Assembly: GCF_964355755.1 (NCBI RefSeq)
Contig: NC_092671.1
Span: 25,742,070-25,806,069, forward strand
DNA length: 64,000 nt
DNA from: Antedon mediterranea
Taxonomy: Eukaryota; Animalia; Echinodermata
Direction of reading: 5' to 3'
Every line of letters begins with the position of its first letter. Positions within the stretch are counted from its first letter, which is position 1. The notes beneath the pieces were generated by a model that had not been told where the DNA came from, made no database searches, and saw only the letters and a program-made list of their open reading frames with translations. Positions 52,494 to 64,000 of this stretch are shown here, one piece after another. Made by a program: the position numbers and the translations under genes.

Positions 52494-54376
52494 GTAAGAA
52501 CAAGAATTACCCTCATGACAAAGATGCTGTGTCTCTATTAAAATCGTCCACACGTTGAACGTGTGGTATATGTTTTTTAAATGTATAATACACTGTGTTT
52601 TGTTATATTCTAAACTTTTGTACAAACATACTCGTACTGTATTTAATCCAACAAATATAAAAGTCATTCTATATACATCGGTCCAAAAATCAAAGTAATT
52701 GACAGGACTCGGAGTAGCATAGACAAACTATCGTCTTAAAACTAGTTACAATTACTCTAACAATTAATCCTATGCCATGGTTTCCACTACAGAGTTAGGG
52801 TTACGCAAGGACGTACAGTAAGCGCAACTTAAGTTAATGTTGGGTTCCCACTCTAGAGACGAAACACGAGGACGTAACGCAACGTATCTGATTTGACCAA
52901 TCACAAGTGGAGGATTATTCGAACTGTCATTTGTCATTGGTCAACTCGCGTGCGTTTCGTCTACGTCCTTGCAGAAGCATCATACAGTGTATAAAAAATG
53001 ATTTTCAAGATCCACTGAGTATAAAACCGGACGGAAAGTAGTACACAGAATGAATACGCGTGTAACTTTCATGATACAATAATTCAACCCATCGACAGCA
53101 TTTGACATAATGCTTTTTCCAACCGTAGATCACAGTATAATACATTGATTTGATAGGATACGAATTGATAGCGACGATGTTTGCACATTACAAAATTAAT
53201 AAAGTTGTCGCTGTCAAACCACATTCATTATTGATCCCGTATACACGTTGCATATTCCAATAATATAAGCAATATAACAACAATAAATGACTGTAAACAT
53301 TTAACATTTTATATTGAATGTTGTGTTATAATGAATATGAGAACTGATAATACGTCATAAAACTTCGTCTAAGTAAATAGTTTTACGAACAAAATATTCC
53401 CTGTAATAAGACTTTTATTAATGCATCATGTATTATCCTCGCAAAATATTGATGCCATTTTGTTGTCAATATGAAATAATTTAATAATTGTCGAGGAGCC
53501 CTTCTGAATCAAGCTTCCTGGCTTAAAGAGTTATCTTCTGCTATACCATAATAGTATAATTATTTAGTTTCTGTATGATTTTGTTAATTTAATAGTATAA
53601 TGTATTGTATTGTGTATATTATGGATAGCAATAAATAAACAAACAATAACACGTAAACAAATTTGTATAGAACCATTCGTATTATACTGATACATATATG
53701 CTTAGCAACAAGCATTTCTAAAATACAAGAATGATATCCATAATATATCCTAAAAACTGTTACAGGAAAAATGGTCGTAAAATGAATGAATTTGTTTTCA
53801 ATTCAATTTGATTTCGGAACAAGTCCATATCAACAATATACAATAACAACAATACAAATAAATAGTTCCAAAAAAGATTCGACTACAAACAAGATATGAA
53901 AAGTACTGTCAAAAGAGATTATTATGAACGTAGCAGTTGGAGGTCCATTTCCTATACAGAAGTTGTAAGCATTCGAGAATTAACACAAGAGTGATAAGTG
54001 AATAGCAACTATTGTCAATCTTAGGTTTAAACATTAGGCCAATCGTAACGTTCGAAAGAAACGTAATTTAAACATTCAGATGTAAGCACAAACTTTCCGG
54101 ACATTGTGATTTCACTACTGGGAGATGAACTGTCTCCACTCTGCCTTCTTTAGACGGAAACACTATGCATCCCCCGCCCCCCCCCCCCCCGCCTACCCTA
54201 AACTATAAAACTATAACAATATGCATGATGGTGATGTTTACATAATTGTTCCAGCCATCTATGTAGACCTGTTATTTATGATATTTTTGTTCAGACATAT
54301 TACCAGAATTCTGGTGCATGCGAGGAGAACAGTGTTTTTAACATTTGTATTTTAACATAATTATCTTTAAACACAG

Positions 54377-54484
54377 CCCCTTTGCGGCAGAGTAGTCTTC
54401 CTCCAGTTGGTGACGTAGAAGAGTTGTTATTTGAACGTGACAACAGCAGCCAGAGCAGATCAAGCAAAAGTACACCAACAAAAG
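54377..54484 (+). CDS. Uncharacterized protein, exon 3
   Basis: acacag|CC ... AAAG|gtgaga, 108 nt, phase 1-1, PLRQSSLPPVGDVEELLFERDNSSQSRSSKSTPTK. Confidence 0.7.
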
Positions 54485-55077
54485 GTGAGACAGTTTATGG
54501 TTTTGATATAACCAAAATAAACAAGAAATATTTCTTACAAAAAACGCCGCGTAACTTTTTGACTGGACAGTTGTAAGAACAGTCTTCATTAATCTAATAT
54601 AATAGGTCGGCCAATCAAAACGCAAGTGAACAATTGAGACTTTACTTGTGATTTATGTCATTGGCCTGTCAGCACAGTCGTTTCTTTCTAGAATTAAACG
54701 CACAAACTTGTATTGGGAATAATGTATGTTTATGTGGTTATTACTATCGCATTTAGGTATTGATAATAATAATAATATGGCTTTTGAATATATAATTACT
54801 GTCTGTAGAATAACATTTATACATTTTCGGTTCGCGATGAAAAGTTATATGAATGGATTTGTAATATAGGTATTTATAATAATAGTATATGGGTTGTATT
54901 ATTGCTAAGCTATCACCAAATCGCGTTATAACATTATTTCTCAGGGTTTTTTGCACCATTGATCAATACCAAACGCGTATCTGTATTATAGTTTTTAATG
55001 AATCATTACATTACTAAAAATACCCAATTAAATCAATCGCGTCAGTCCAATTCCGACTTATGTTTCGATCAGATAGT

Positions 55078-55230
55078 TCTGTGTCTACACTGTCCCAACT
55101 AGTTTAACAAAAAAAGTGTGATGTGCCCAAATAGGGTAGTGATATGCCCGAATATCGTAGTGATATGACATCGTCATGTCTATATAATATGGACACATCA
55201 TATTTAGTTTGATAGTATAGACAGAGCTTA
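55078..55230. mobile_element. Short MITE (related fragment at about 25340-25405)
   Basis: tgtctacactgtc..actagttt...gtgtgatgtgcccaaata ... agtttgatagtatagacagagctta. Confidence 0.65.
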
Positions 55231-55249
55231 AGGATTATATTAAAAAAAT

Positions 55250-55480
55250 GTTTTCTTACATTTTGAAAAAAAAGTATTTATTTGTTTATAAGCCCAATTT
55301 TCCAGTCTTAATTTTACATTTTGAAAAAAAAGTATTTTATTTGTTGATAAGCCCAATTGTGCAGTCTTATTTTACATTTTGAACGAAAGTATTTATTTGT
55401 TGATAAGCCCAATTTTTCAGTCTTATTTTACATTTTAAACGAAAGTATTTATTTGTTGATAAGCCGAATTTTCCAGTTTA
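55250..55480. repeat. About 60-bp tandem repeat x4, with dispersed copies up to about 56290
   Basis: Units ttacattttgaa..aaagtatttatttgttgataagcccaatttt.cagtctta. Confidence 0.8.
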
Positions 55481-56589
55481 ATAATAATGACCCCTTCCAC
55501 AGTGCTTATACCATATACATTTTACATGATATTGACCGTGGGTTCTTTACGCCTCTGATGCATTTGTTTTTATTGTACCTTTTTAATAAATTATTATATG
55601 TTTAGGCCAAATCACACCCAATTTAATGAAACGGTCAGATTCTGATTTCAATTGAACGAAAGTAGTACTGTATTATTCATTGATAAGCCAAGGGTCCCAT
55701 GGCGTTAGCCGATATCTTGAGCATTTGACTCATGTCAACCTGTGACACAAATCATTCTTCAAAATCTAAAAACCTCACACGTCTTTTTTGTGAGTGATAC
55801 ACTATGGATATGCACACGGAAATAATATGTGGACATTGCAAACAATCATAGGCCTACAGTAACAAACATAACATGGCTAATAAGCATAGCATTCAGACTG
55901 GTTTGTTTTCTAGTGGATTTTTATTTACTTTAGCATGTAGAATAAAACTAGTAACAGTGGCTATATTAATAATTATACTGATTATCCTTGATGTTATCGC
56001 GTCTAATAATAAAATATTTTGTTGTTGATAAGCCCAATTTTGCAGTCTTAATAATGACCCTTCCACAGTGCATTTTACATGATATTGACCGAGGGTTTTT
56101 ACGCCTCTATAGCCACTGATCAATACCATAATTAATGTACTTTTTTTTAATGAAAATTGAAATGTGTTTCAACATACCCAATTCAAAAAACGGTCCGTTT
56201 TCGAGTTCAATCTTTTGATTAGAGAGGTTGGAGTTTCATTTTGAACGAAAGTATTTATTTGATTGATAAGCCAAATTTCTAGTCCTAATGATTTGAGATT
56301 CAACGGGTTTTGCTTTCAATTGTATAATAATATAATTATATATTATATATAAATATAATATTAAGTATAATTATGAATTCACCAACACTTTCAGGCCCAA
56401 TAACAATGATCCCGGGCCCGAGTTTTTGTAGACTGGACTTCCATGCACAGCCACATGTTAAGAAATATGAATCTCTTTATGAATTTAATATGGTTCGAAA
56501 TGATATTACACAACAACGATTAGACAGCAACTGTGCAAGAGTCCAACTAATAAAATCGGAATGATCAGTTAATTAAACATTTACAGCAT

Positions 56590-56953
56590 AAGGCCCATAC
56601 ACTAGGACGATAACGATCGACGATAAATAGACAAATATGCATTTTTAATACATAAACCAAAAGAAATATAAACAATTCCTTTGATGAAAATTATATTTTC
56701 ACACGTCCAATAAAATGACGTCATGATTAGTAAGACCATTAATATCGTGACAATACAGCGATTTTATTGTTTTTATTTATCATGACGTCATTTGATTGGA
56801 ATTTGAAAAACATTATTTTTATCAAAGACAGCATAAATGATTATCCTATAGGTCTAGAACGAAAACCTTTCTAATTTCTTTTGGTTTATGTAAAAAAAAT
56901 GCATGCTATATATTTATCGTCCGTCGTTATCGTCATAGTGTAATTGGGCCTTT
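56590..56953. mobile_element. Palindromic MITE (PIF/Harbinger-like ends)
   Basis: aggcccatacactaggacgataacga is inverted to tcgttatcgtcatagtgtaattgggcct, and the inverted symmetry extends to the centre. Confidence 0.75.
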
Positions 56954-58627
56954 ATACAAAAAAAATAAATTGATTACGAAGTTACATGTCATTTTCACCT
57001 ATCACCAAAAAACTAACACTAATTAATTGTTACGAAGCCAATTTATATTATATATTTCATTAAATCTGAACTTTACGGTAAATGAAGAGTAAGTATCAGT
57101 TAATATGAATAATATAACTAGTAAGTCTATGAACTTGCGTCCAGACACAGAACTGTGACATTACTATCATAAATGTTGAAACCACTTATAAAACCTTTTT
57201 TTAAAGAAAATATAATTGTGTTAGGAGAAGGCTAATAAACAAATAGATAATGTACAAACCTTTTTCTGGATTAATTAATGGAGCAGGCGTTATAATAATC
57301 TGCTGCTGCTACCTAGACTGATTGTTCACCTTCTGACGATAATTGATTAGACCCCCCCACGGCATCTGATAACCAAAAAAAAATTTACCAGGACTGTTTC
57401 AATGATTTAATATCTGACGGCGTATTATTATAACATTGGCCTAGATTGACAGTCAAAAGAAAGTCATTGTAAATACCTCCCTTTATGTTGACAGAGCCAA
57501 AATAAAGTTTTGACCATTATCGAATGATTATTTGACAGTGACTTATTATAACACCGGCCTGGTTGACAGCAAAAACGAAGTTATTATTTATTGAACAAGA
57601 TTTTACAGATTTCCGTCTACATCTCAATAATACTGTATTATCAGCAAAGGCTTTCATATAGACTCTCTTCTCCCAGACGTTTTTTGGGTCCAGCAGCTAC
57701 CTATAAATTATAGTCGAGTTTCCAAATTCACAAAACTGTCAGCCTTAGATACTAAAGCTACCGCTATGAAACAGCTTATTAATGAATGTGTCCTCCTGGG
57801 ACATAGCTGGCTAGAGCCGCGGCGCGAAAATAATAATATTAATAATAAGCTAGAGCCTAATGTAAAATAGGCTTAAAGGCCGCCGTTGCACAATGAACAA
57901 CTCCCACGGGAAACGACACACGTCAAACGTCAAAACGAACCGTCATTTTTACGTGACGAACTCAATAATAATTTATTTTGAAGCTACACTTTTAAAACAG
58001 TGGCACACTTCTTGAATGAAGGTGCGTCCAGAGAAAGAAAAAAAAAATTATTGAACAATAGTCCTATTTACAAGGAAACTTTAACTAAATTATGTACAAG
58101 ATATAAAAAATAACATTAACAAAAGTAATACAGGATCTAAAAAGCAAAGAACTAATCAATTTGTATTGTTGATTTCCCTTCTTTTTTTCCATGCCCGTTT
58201 GGTAAAACAAAATCTATCGAATGCAACTTCAATATTTATAGGAAGATCAAGTACGGGTGAACCAAGAACATACATTAATGTTTGGTCTATTGTTCCATTA
58301 TTAAATTGGTTTAAACATCAATTGTATTCGATAGATTTTGCTCGAGTATTGCCAGTGTGACGTGTAGGAGGCGTCATTTCCAACTCTCCGACTCGCTTCG
58401 ATTTGTTTGACGCTTGCCGCGTGCCGCTTCGCGTGTAAAATGTCGAAGAACACATTTTAGTGGTTGCGAGACGTGGTTTGTTTCATTTTTAGAATTGTTA
58501 TAGAACCTTTATTTTGTTTAAATAATTTTTCTTCTTCTCTTATCCTTCTAATTGTAAACAACGAATCTCAATCACAAATCGAGTATCCGATGTTTTTACT
58601 GTATATTTGTAATAATTTTATTTACAG

Positions 58628-58879
58628 TTAAAACCAGGCCACCGCCTATTCAATATCATTTAAATTCATCACCATGTTCATCTAGCTGGCCTAGCCTATC
58701 AAATGGTGACGGATATCAGCATCATATACCGCCGCCTTCCACTCCACCACATAAAAACCTGCTATCACCTTCGCCGAAGCATCTGCTAGTTTCTGCTCGA
58801 CACAATCACATGCTTCCTAAAAGAAAACTAGTTCGAAAACTTACTCCTATTATTCTAGAGGTTCCAAAGAATTTGGAAG
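58628..58879 (+). CDS. Uncharacterized protein, exon 4 (GC donor)
   Basis: tttacag|TT ... GGAAG|gcaagt, 252 nt open, phase 1-1, KTRPPPIQYH...LVRKLTPIILEVPKNLE. Confidence 0.65.
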
Positions 58880-59311
58880 GCAAGTATTTTTTAATAATGA
58901 TCCTCAAATTCGCCATGATATTTAGCCATATATTTTTTTTTTCAAAATCACCATTTATCTTTATTTATCATCCTCATTATCATACATTTATATAAATAAT
59001 ACACCCGATATGCACTTTCCGTATAAAGTCAGTGACTATCACAAGTCATCGAGTATTACAAGTATTTAAAACTTGACTTGCGATAGTCAGTTAGACTTTA
59101 TCTACTGACAGAATCGGGTAAATAATATGACGGATATCAAAACTTAAAACAATCGACACCTTAACATTGACCTGTTGTGTTTGTGTTCTTTTTAGAAACG
59201 TTGTGTGTGCACCACAATCTTGCCTTGCTTTACTAGTTGTTTCGCCATTGCAGACACTATTTCAATTCAATTTGTATTCATATCTAAAATTACTATCTCT
59301 GAACATTGCAG

Positions 59312-59679
59312 GTCGTAACAATAGTTTATCTTCCGATGAAGAGGATGAGACACACCAGTTCCTCCATAACGGTGTCTACGGGTACGAGAGCATGGTAGAA
59401 GGAACACCAAAGTCCAACGGCTACGGACCAAGCGACGAATATAGAGAGGAGTTGAAAAACACGGTCGACGAACTGATAGACCAGTTGTCACCGACGATCA
59501 TGGGGGACGAGTTCATCGACAGACCTTACGGGCGACGAAGCCCATCGTACTGGCGAAAGCAACCTAGCCAGGCGCGAAACTTTGTATTTCCGGAGGTACG
59601 GCGTGTTGAAGAAGATAACGGCAAATTAGAGACAACCTTTCCACCAACAAATGGATATAGTGGAGATGCGTCTCCATCG
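59312..59679 (+). CDS. Uncharacterized protein, exon 5
   Basis: ttgcag|GT ... CCATCG|gtatgt, phase 1-0, coding-like GC content, RNNSLSSDEEDETHQF...GYSGDASPS. Confidence 0.85.
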
Positions 59680-59819
59680 GTATGTAAATAAATGTTCAAT
59701 AAATGATGCTAAGATGATGACGAAAATATCACATACTATAACAACGCCTACAATATGTTTGATAATGTACCATGTACAATAATGGTTAGGCCTACTATAA
59801 AGGATCACCGACACGTGAT

Positions 59820-60020
59820 TATGCATAGTTGGCTTGGTGGTTATGATGCTTGACCACCACTCCAAAGATCCTGGGTTCAAGTCCCGTCACATGTCACATT
59901 TTCTAAGGACAAAATTACAACTCCACTCCCAAAGACTGGTAATAAGACATGTTTGTCTTGTGAACCTCTGAGGGTCCCTAATGATCAGAAATTGCTGGAT
60001 GGATCACCCTCATTAAATAT
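59820..60020 (+). mobile_element. Degenerate tRNA-derived SINE
   Basis: tggcttggtggtta (A box) and gggttcaagtccc (B box). Confidence 0.5.
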
Positions 60021-60480
60021 GGTAAAAAAAAAGAAAACAGAAAGAATACGTTTTAGAATAGAAAATCTAACTATAAAAATATATACTGTATATTCACTCT
60101 AGTACCATAGACAAAGTATGTAATATTATAGTATCACATGTACATCATGCGATATTCTATAAGCCTACATTGCTGTTGATATTCGGCAAAGAGTATGCCG
60201 ACTGGGAATCGGCTATTGAACGCCATTCTAGTGATCTGAAGGTCCCATTGAAGATTTCTCAAAATGTAGGCCTACGGTACTGACGATGCTGATGATGTAA
60301 TGTTTAAAATGTTAACAATATCACTGATCAAAGGCACCACGTCAATAATAATTTAATGAAACATTCAGTCAACTTGGTTGAACTGGCATTTTGCATATTA
60401 ATTACTATCTGGAATTAACAGACAATGTAATGATTTTTCAATGAGCAATGTTAATATACTCGTTTTCTTTTTCTCTTAAG

Positions 60481-60559
60481 TTGGCACCGTTAAATCCTAA
60501 AGTTCATCGACGGAAAATAACACCGGCGCTTTCCGTTCATCCACCTCTTTATAGATTAG
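60481..60559 (+). CDS. Uncharacterized protein, exon 6
   Basis: Pyrimidine tract ttctcttaag|TTG ... TTAG|gtacgg, phase 0-1, LAPLNPKVHRRKITPALSVHPPLYRL. Confidence 0.7.
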
Positions 60560-60674
60560 GTACGGTATAAAGTTGTTTAATTACGCATTTGTTTGGTTTT
60601 GTGTTGTTTTCTGTTCTTTTTTTTTTGGCGTTTTTGTATGTAGCCAAAGAAAATCGTTATATTAATTATATAAA

Positions 60675-61994
60675 CTAGATGGTACGCTCGCTTCGCTCGC
60701 GTACCATCTAGGTCGTGCCCACAGATGGTTCTCGAATAAACAGTAATTTCAGCGTAGCAAAACTGGCGATTTCAAATGTACGTACCGCAGGACTATAATA
60801 CATTGTCGTTTACAGAAACGAATAAATAGACACGATGATTTATGTAGTCAACTAAAATTAGCACCCTGTGAATTACTTCCGAGGAGAAACTTATCAAAAT
60901 GAGTCCAAATTTTTGATTTGGCCTCATTTAAAGAAATCCAATTTGTGTTTTGTATGTAACATTAGGGTTGAGGGATGGGAAAGCGGATAGGTACAAAGAG
61001 GAACAATTTTTAAATATATTCTTTATCAACTCAGTAACGAAATATTTTGTTCTTTTTTTATAGGCCTATAAATACTATACCTCTAAATACAGTAAAACAT
61101 TTGAGATTTAATAAATAATACTTTGTTAAAACTGTCACTGTCATAATCGATTGAAATATTAAAGTACATGTCACGATACACCACTACGACGTTTATATTT
61201 TTGGTAATTATTAATTAATACAAACGTTGAGAAGGAACTGTCAGTATAATATAAAGTTTATTTGTATATAATAATGTGTTTATATATCTAACAGTACAGC
61301 CTATCCACAATCTCAGTAATAAAGTTTATTTGTATATATTTTTATATTACATCTAACAGTACGAACATTCACAGTAAGAAATTTTCGATTCAAATGAGGT
61401 ATTTACAGTATTGTCAAAGTATTGCAAGTTTATTCTCAAAGGGCCCATATATTTACCTACCGTATGTGTTAAACCAGGGGCTCATAAATTTACCTACTTG
61501 TGTTAAACCAAACTCTGGCAGACTGAGAGATTGGGATGTTCCATTCATCGCAAATCAATACATTTGTATAAACGTATATTAAATCTATCAAAATAGTATT
61601 TTTTTAAGAAAATCGGCCTGTCTTCAACATTATGATGGTGTACTCTAGCTGTTCAACCGGTTTTCAGCTATTAAAAACAATTATCGTAGGAGGAGATAGG
61701 AAAATGCGAAGCCTCCTCGCATTTTTGTGGCGGGTATTTTTCAAGATGGACATCCATTAGACAGTGTATACCACGATCGGAAAACACCTCTATTTGGGGC
61801 AAATCGTTGAACCTAAATTCGTTTTAATCGTCAATAACTAATTATCTAACTTAATTTAATTAGTAAACAGGGTTACATCAGGTGGTTAAAATCAGTACCG
61901 AAAGTACGAACCAACTTTATATACCATCGAGTACAAATTCTAGAAGTAAGGCGCAATTTACCGAATTTTGCCCTTACGTAAATTTATATATAGA
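60675..61994 (-). mobile_element. Non-autonomous Helitron, about 1.3 kb, in the last intron of gene 2
   Basis: Minus strand starts A|TCTATATATAAA and ends with hairpin CTAGATGGTACGCGAGCGAAGCGAGCGTACCATCTAG|T. This gives TC...CTAG termini, an AT target and no TSD. Confidence 0.85.
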
Positions 61995-62415
61995 TAATAA
62001 TTATTAACTAGGCCTAATGGTATTAGGCCAGTTTTACCGGCGTTCATTGTGTAGTGGGCCGAATACTAATGGTTGATTAAATTAGGATTAGATGGATACT
62101 AAAACGTTATGAGAGCCGGTAGCATAATCTATTTTTGTTGCCTATATGTATACGTGTTTGGTTTTTTTTATTTGTGTTATTTTTTGAATGACAACAATAA
62201 ACTATACCCAACTACTACCTATCTGTCTGTATGGCTGTTCGTCTGTCTGTCTATCTGTCAATAATATGTATGTATGTCCGTCTATCTGTCTACACACACA
62301 CGCACACAAACTACTTTTCATTCATGTTATTCACCTACTGTATTAGTTTATAGAACATACTTGACGTGCATTACAAAACATCAAACTTTATTCTTTTTTC
62401 CTTTTATATATACAG

Positions 62416-62468
62416 ATCAGTCTAAGATGGCATTCAACTCGTTTGTCGAAGACGAAGATCAATTCTAG
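62416..62468 (+). CDS. Uncharacterized protein, terminal exon
   Basis: tacag|AT, DQSKMAFNSFVEDEDQF*, AATAAA at 62481. The seven exons sum to 1986 nt (662 codons). Confidence 0.65.
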
Positions 62469-64000
62469 GCAGGATATTCCAATAAAAAAACATCAAAACA
62501 AGTGAAGTGAATTTATGGCAAATAGAATGTTATGAGTTTTGTTGACGTAGGTTGGGTATTGGAACGTGAGCCTATTCATTTCTGTATTCGAACCAGGGCA
62601 AAGTGTTATAATGATTAATGATTAATTGTTACAAAAGGCATATAGAACGGTATACAAACATATTAAAGCGGAAGATACGTATTTAACTAATTGTTTATCA
62701 TACAGAGCTAGCTGTGTTGTCTACGTTTACACTGAGGCTACCGGAGAAAAAGTCATCATCGTTACGTTTTTTCACCACTAATGTACGTTTAGACTCAGTG
62801 TGAAACACTACACCCATGTTCACGCCACCGGGCCATAATCAGAAGCTCAGTGTGAACGAATGAAATTCTGTTCAATAAACACAATTTTACTCTTAGTTTG
62901 TTAAACAGAGCCAATTCATAATTGTTAGGTCAGCTTTAATTTTTTAAACGGGTCAGTGGCCGAAGTTTTATTTTTTAAGGATAACGATAAAGAAAAGTAT
63001 TTGTGTTGTAAACATTAGGCCATGTGTATTGTATCTTATATAGGCCTAAGTGTTTTATAAAAGCACTCCCGGCCAACTTTGAATAGGTATTAGACCTAGG
63101 CCTTAAATGGTATACAATGTGAAGATATGTATCTTCAGAGTCCTTAAAGTGTCTATAGATACCATATTATAATAGGGCTTATTTCAGTTGTCTCATTTGT
63201 TTTGTGTCACATCTGGCTGAATTGAAAATATTTTTACAGTAGTAAACTTTATGTGAATTTTTCATTATGAATGCAATAAAAAAAATTGAATTTGCCATGC
63301 CAATTTATGTTTAGCATTCTAGAAATATGTTTGTGAAATCATAAACCAGTTACTATTATTATACAAAATACAATACAGTGAATTTCTATGTTATCTTACT
63401 TTTTTCTCTCATTTTCTATAAGAGAACAATTTAAGAAATGGGTTTAATTTAAGATTATGTTTCGATGGGTAAAATACTTATTTTATACAAGGAATAGGTG
63501 AAACTTTCAAATAAAATATAGTATTAAAATATCTATAATTTCAAACAAAACTTGTTGTTTTCGACCCTGTGTTCTCTTCGCTGTTCTAGTTTAAAGAGAT
63601 ACACATTTATTTAATTTGTTCAAGAAAACCTGTATATTAGTAAAAGAAGAGAAACGAAAAATGTAAACATCCAAATAAAAACAATACCGTACATGACAAG
63701 ATTGAATACAACGTCGAAAACATTCTTAGACAGTTCTATTGTTTATATGCTGTAGATAATAAGTAATATATGTTCGTTTGTTCAGTGGGTGGTATTTTTC
63801 CAATAATAGTTAATAGACGCCGTTGTAATTGCATTCAACGAATTAATGACAATGACTGCTTAAATGCATGTTTCGTCTTCTACTTTTGAGGTTGTTTAAA
63901 GAGTGGAATGAATGGTGTGAGATGAAGTAACACCCTTTTGTTAATCGGAACTTATCTCAGGTGAGCTAATTTCCCAACATAAACAATACTATTATTGTTA

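Overview
AT-rich, intron-containing animal genomic DNA. The abundant TAGGCCTA motif and the repeat families suggest an echinoderm, possibly a crinoid (inference only). Two spliced plus-strand genes can be built by hand with consistent intron phases. (1) The last 7 coding exons (251-10262) of a divergent delta/zeta-type tubulin, most like zeta ('cryptic') tubulin, with a probable U12 minor-spliceosome intron. (2) A 7-exon, about 661-aa low-complexity orphan gene (49646-62468) with a GC-AG intron, two candidate N-terminal acylation motifs and a repeated RK[LI]TP..[LV]xV motif at exon ends. The rest is dense in repeats. A 95-bp satellite (about 71 copies) looks MITE-derived and holds two apparently identical 1300-bp P-like elements plus their preserved empty site. 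Also present are a 20-bp palindrome with a 7-bp target-site duplication (TSD), a tRNA-like cloverleaf with an ATC anticodon, a CACTA/EnSpm-like element, an 80-bp array apparently split and inverted at TTAA sites next to a Kolobok-like MITE, an 85/88-bp satellite, a 3.7-kb foldback Academ derivative with a SINE-associated deletion, a non-autonomous Helitron, and SINE and 5S fragments. Most ORFs in the supplied track are spurious. All family assignments come from recalled motifs and terminal signatures, not database searches.
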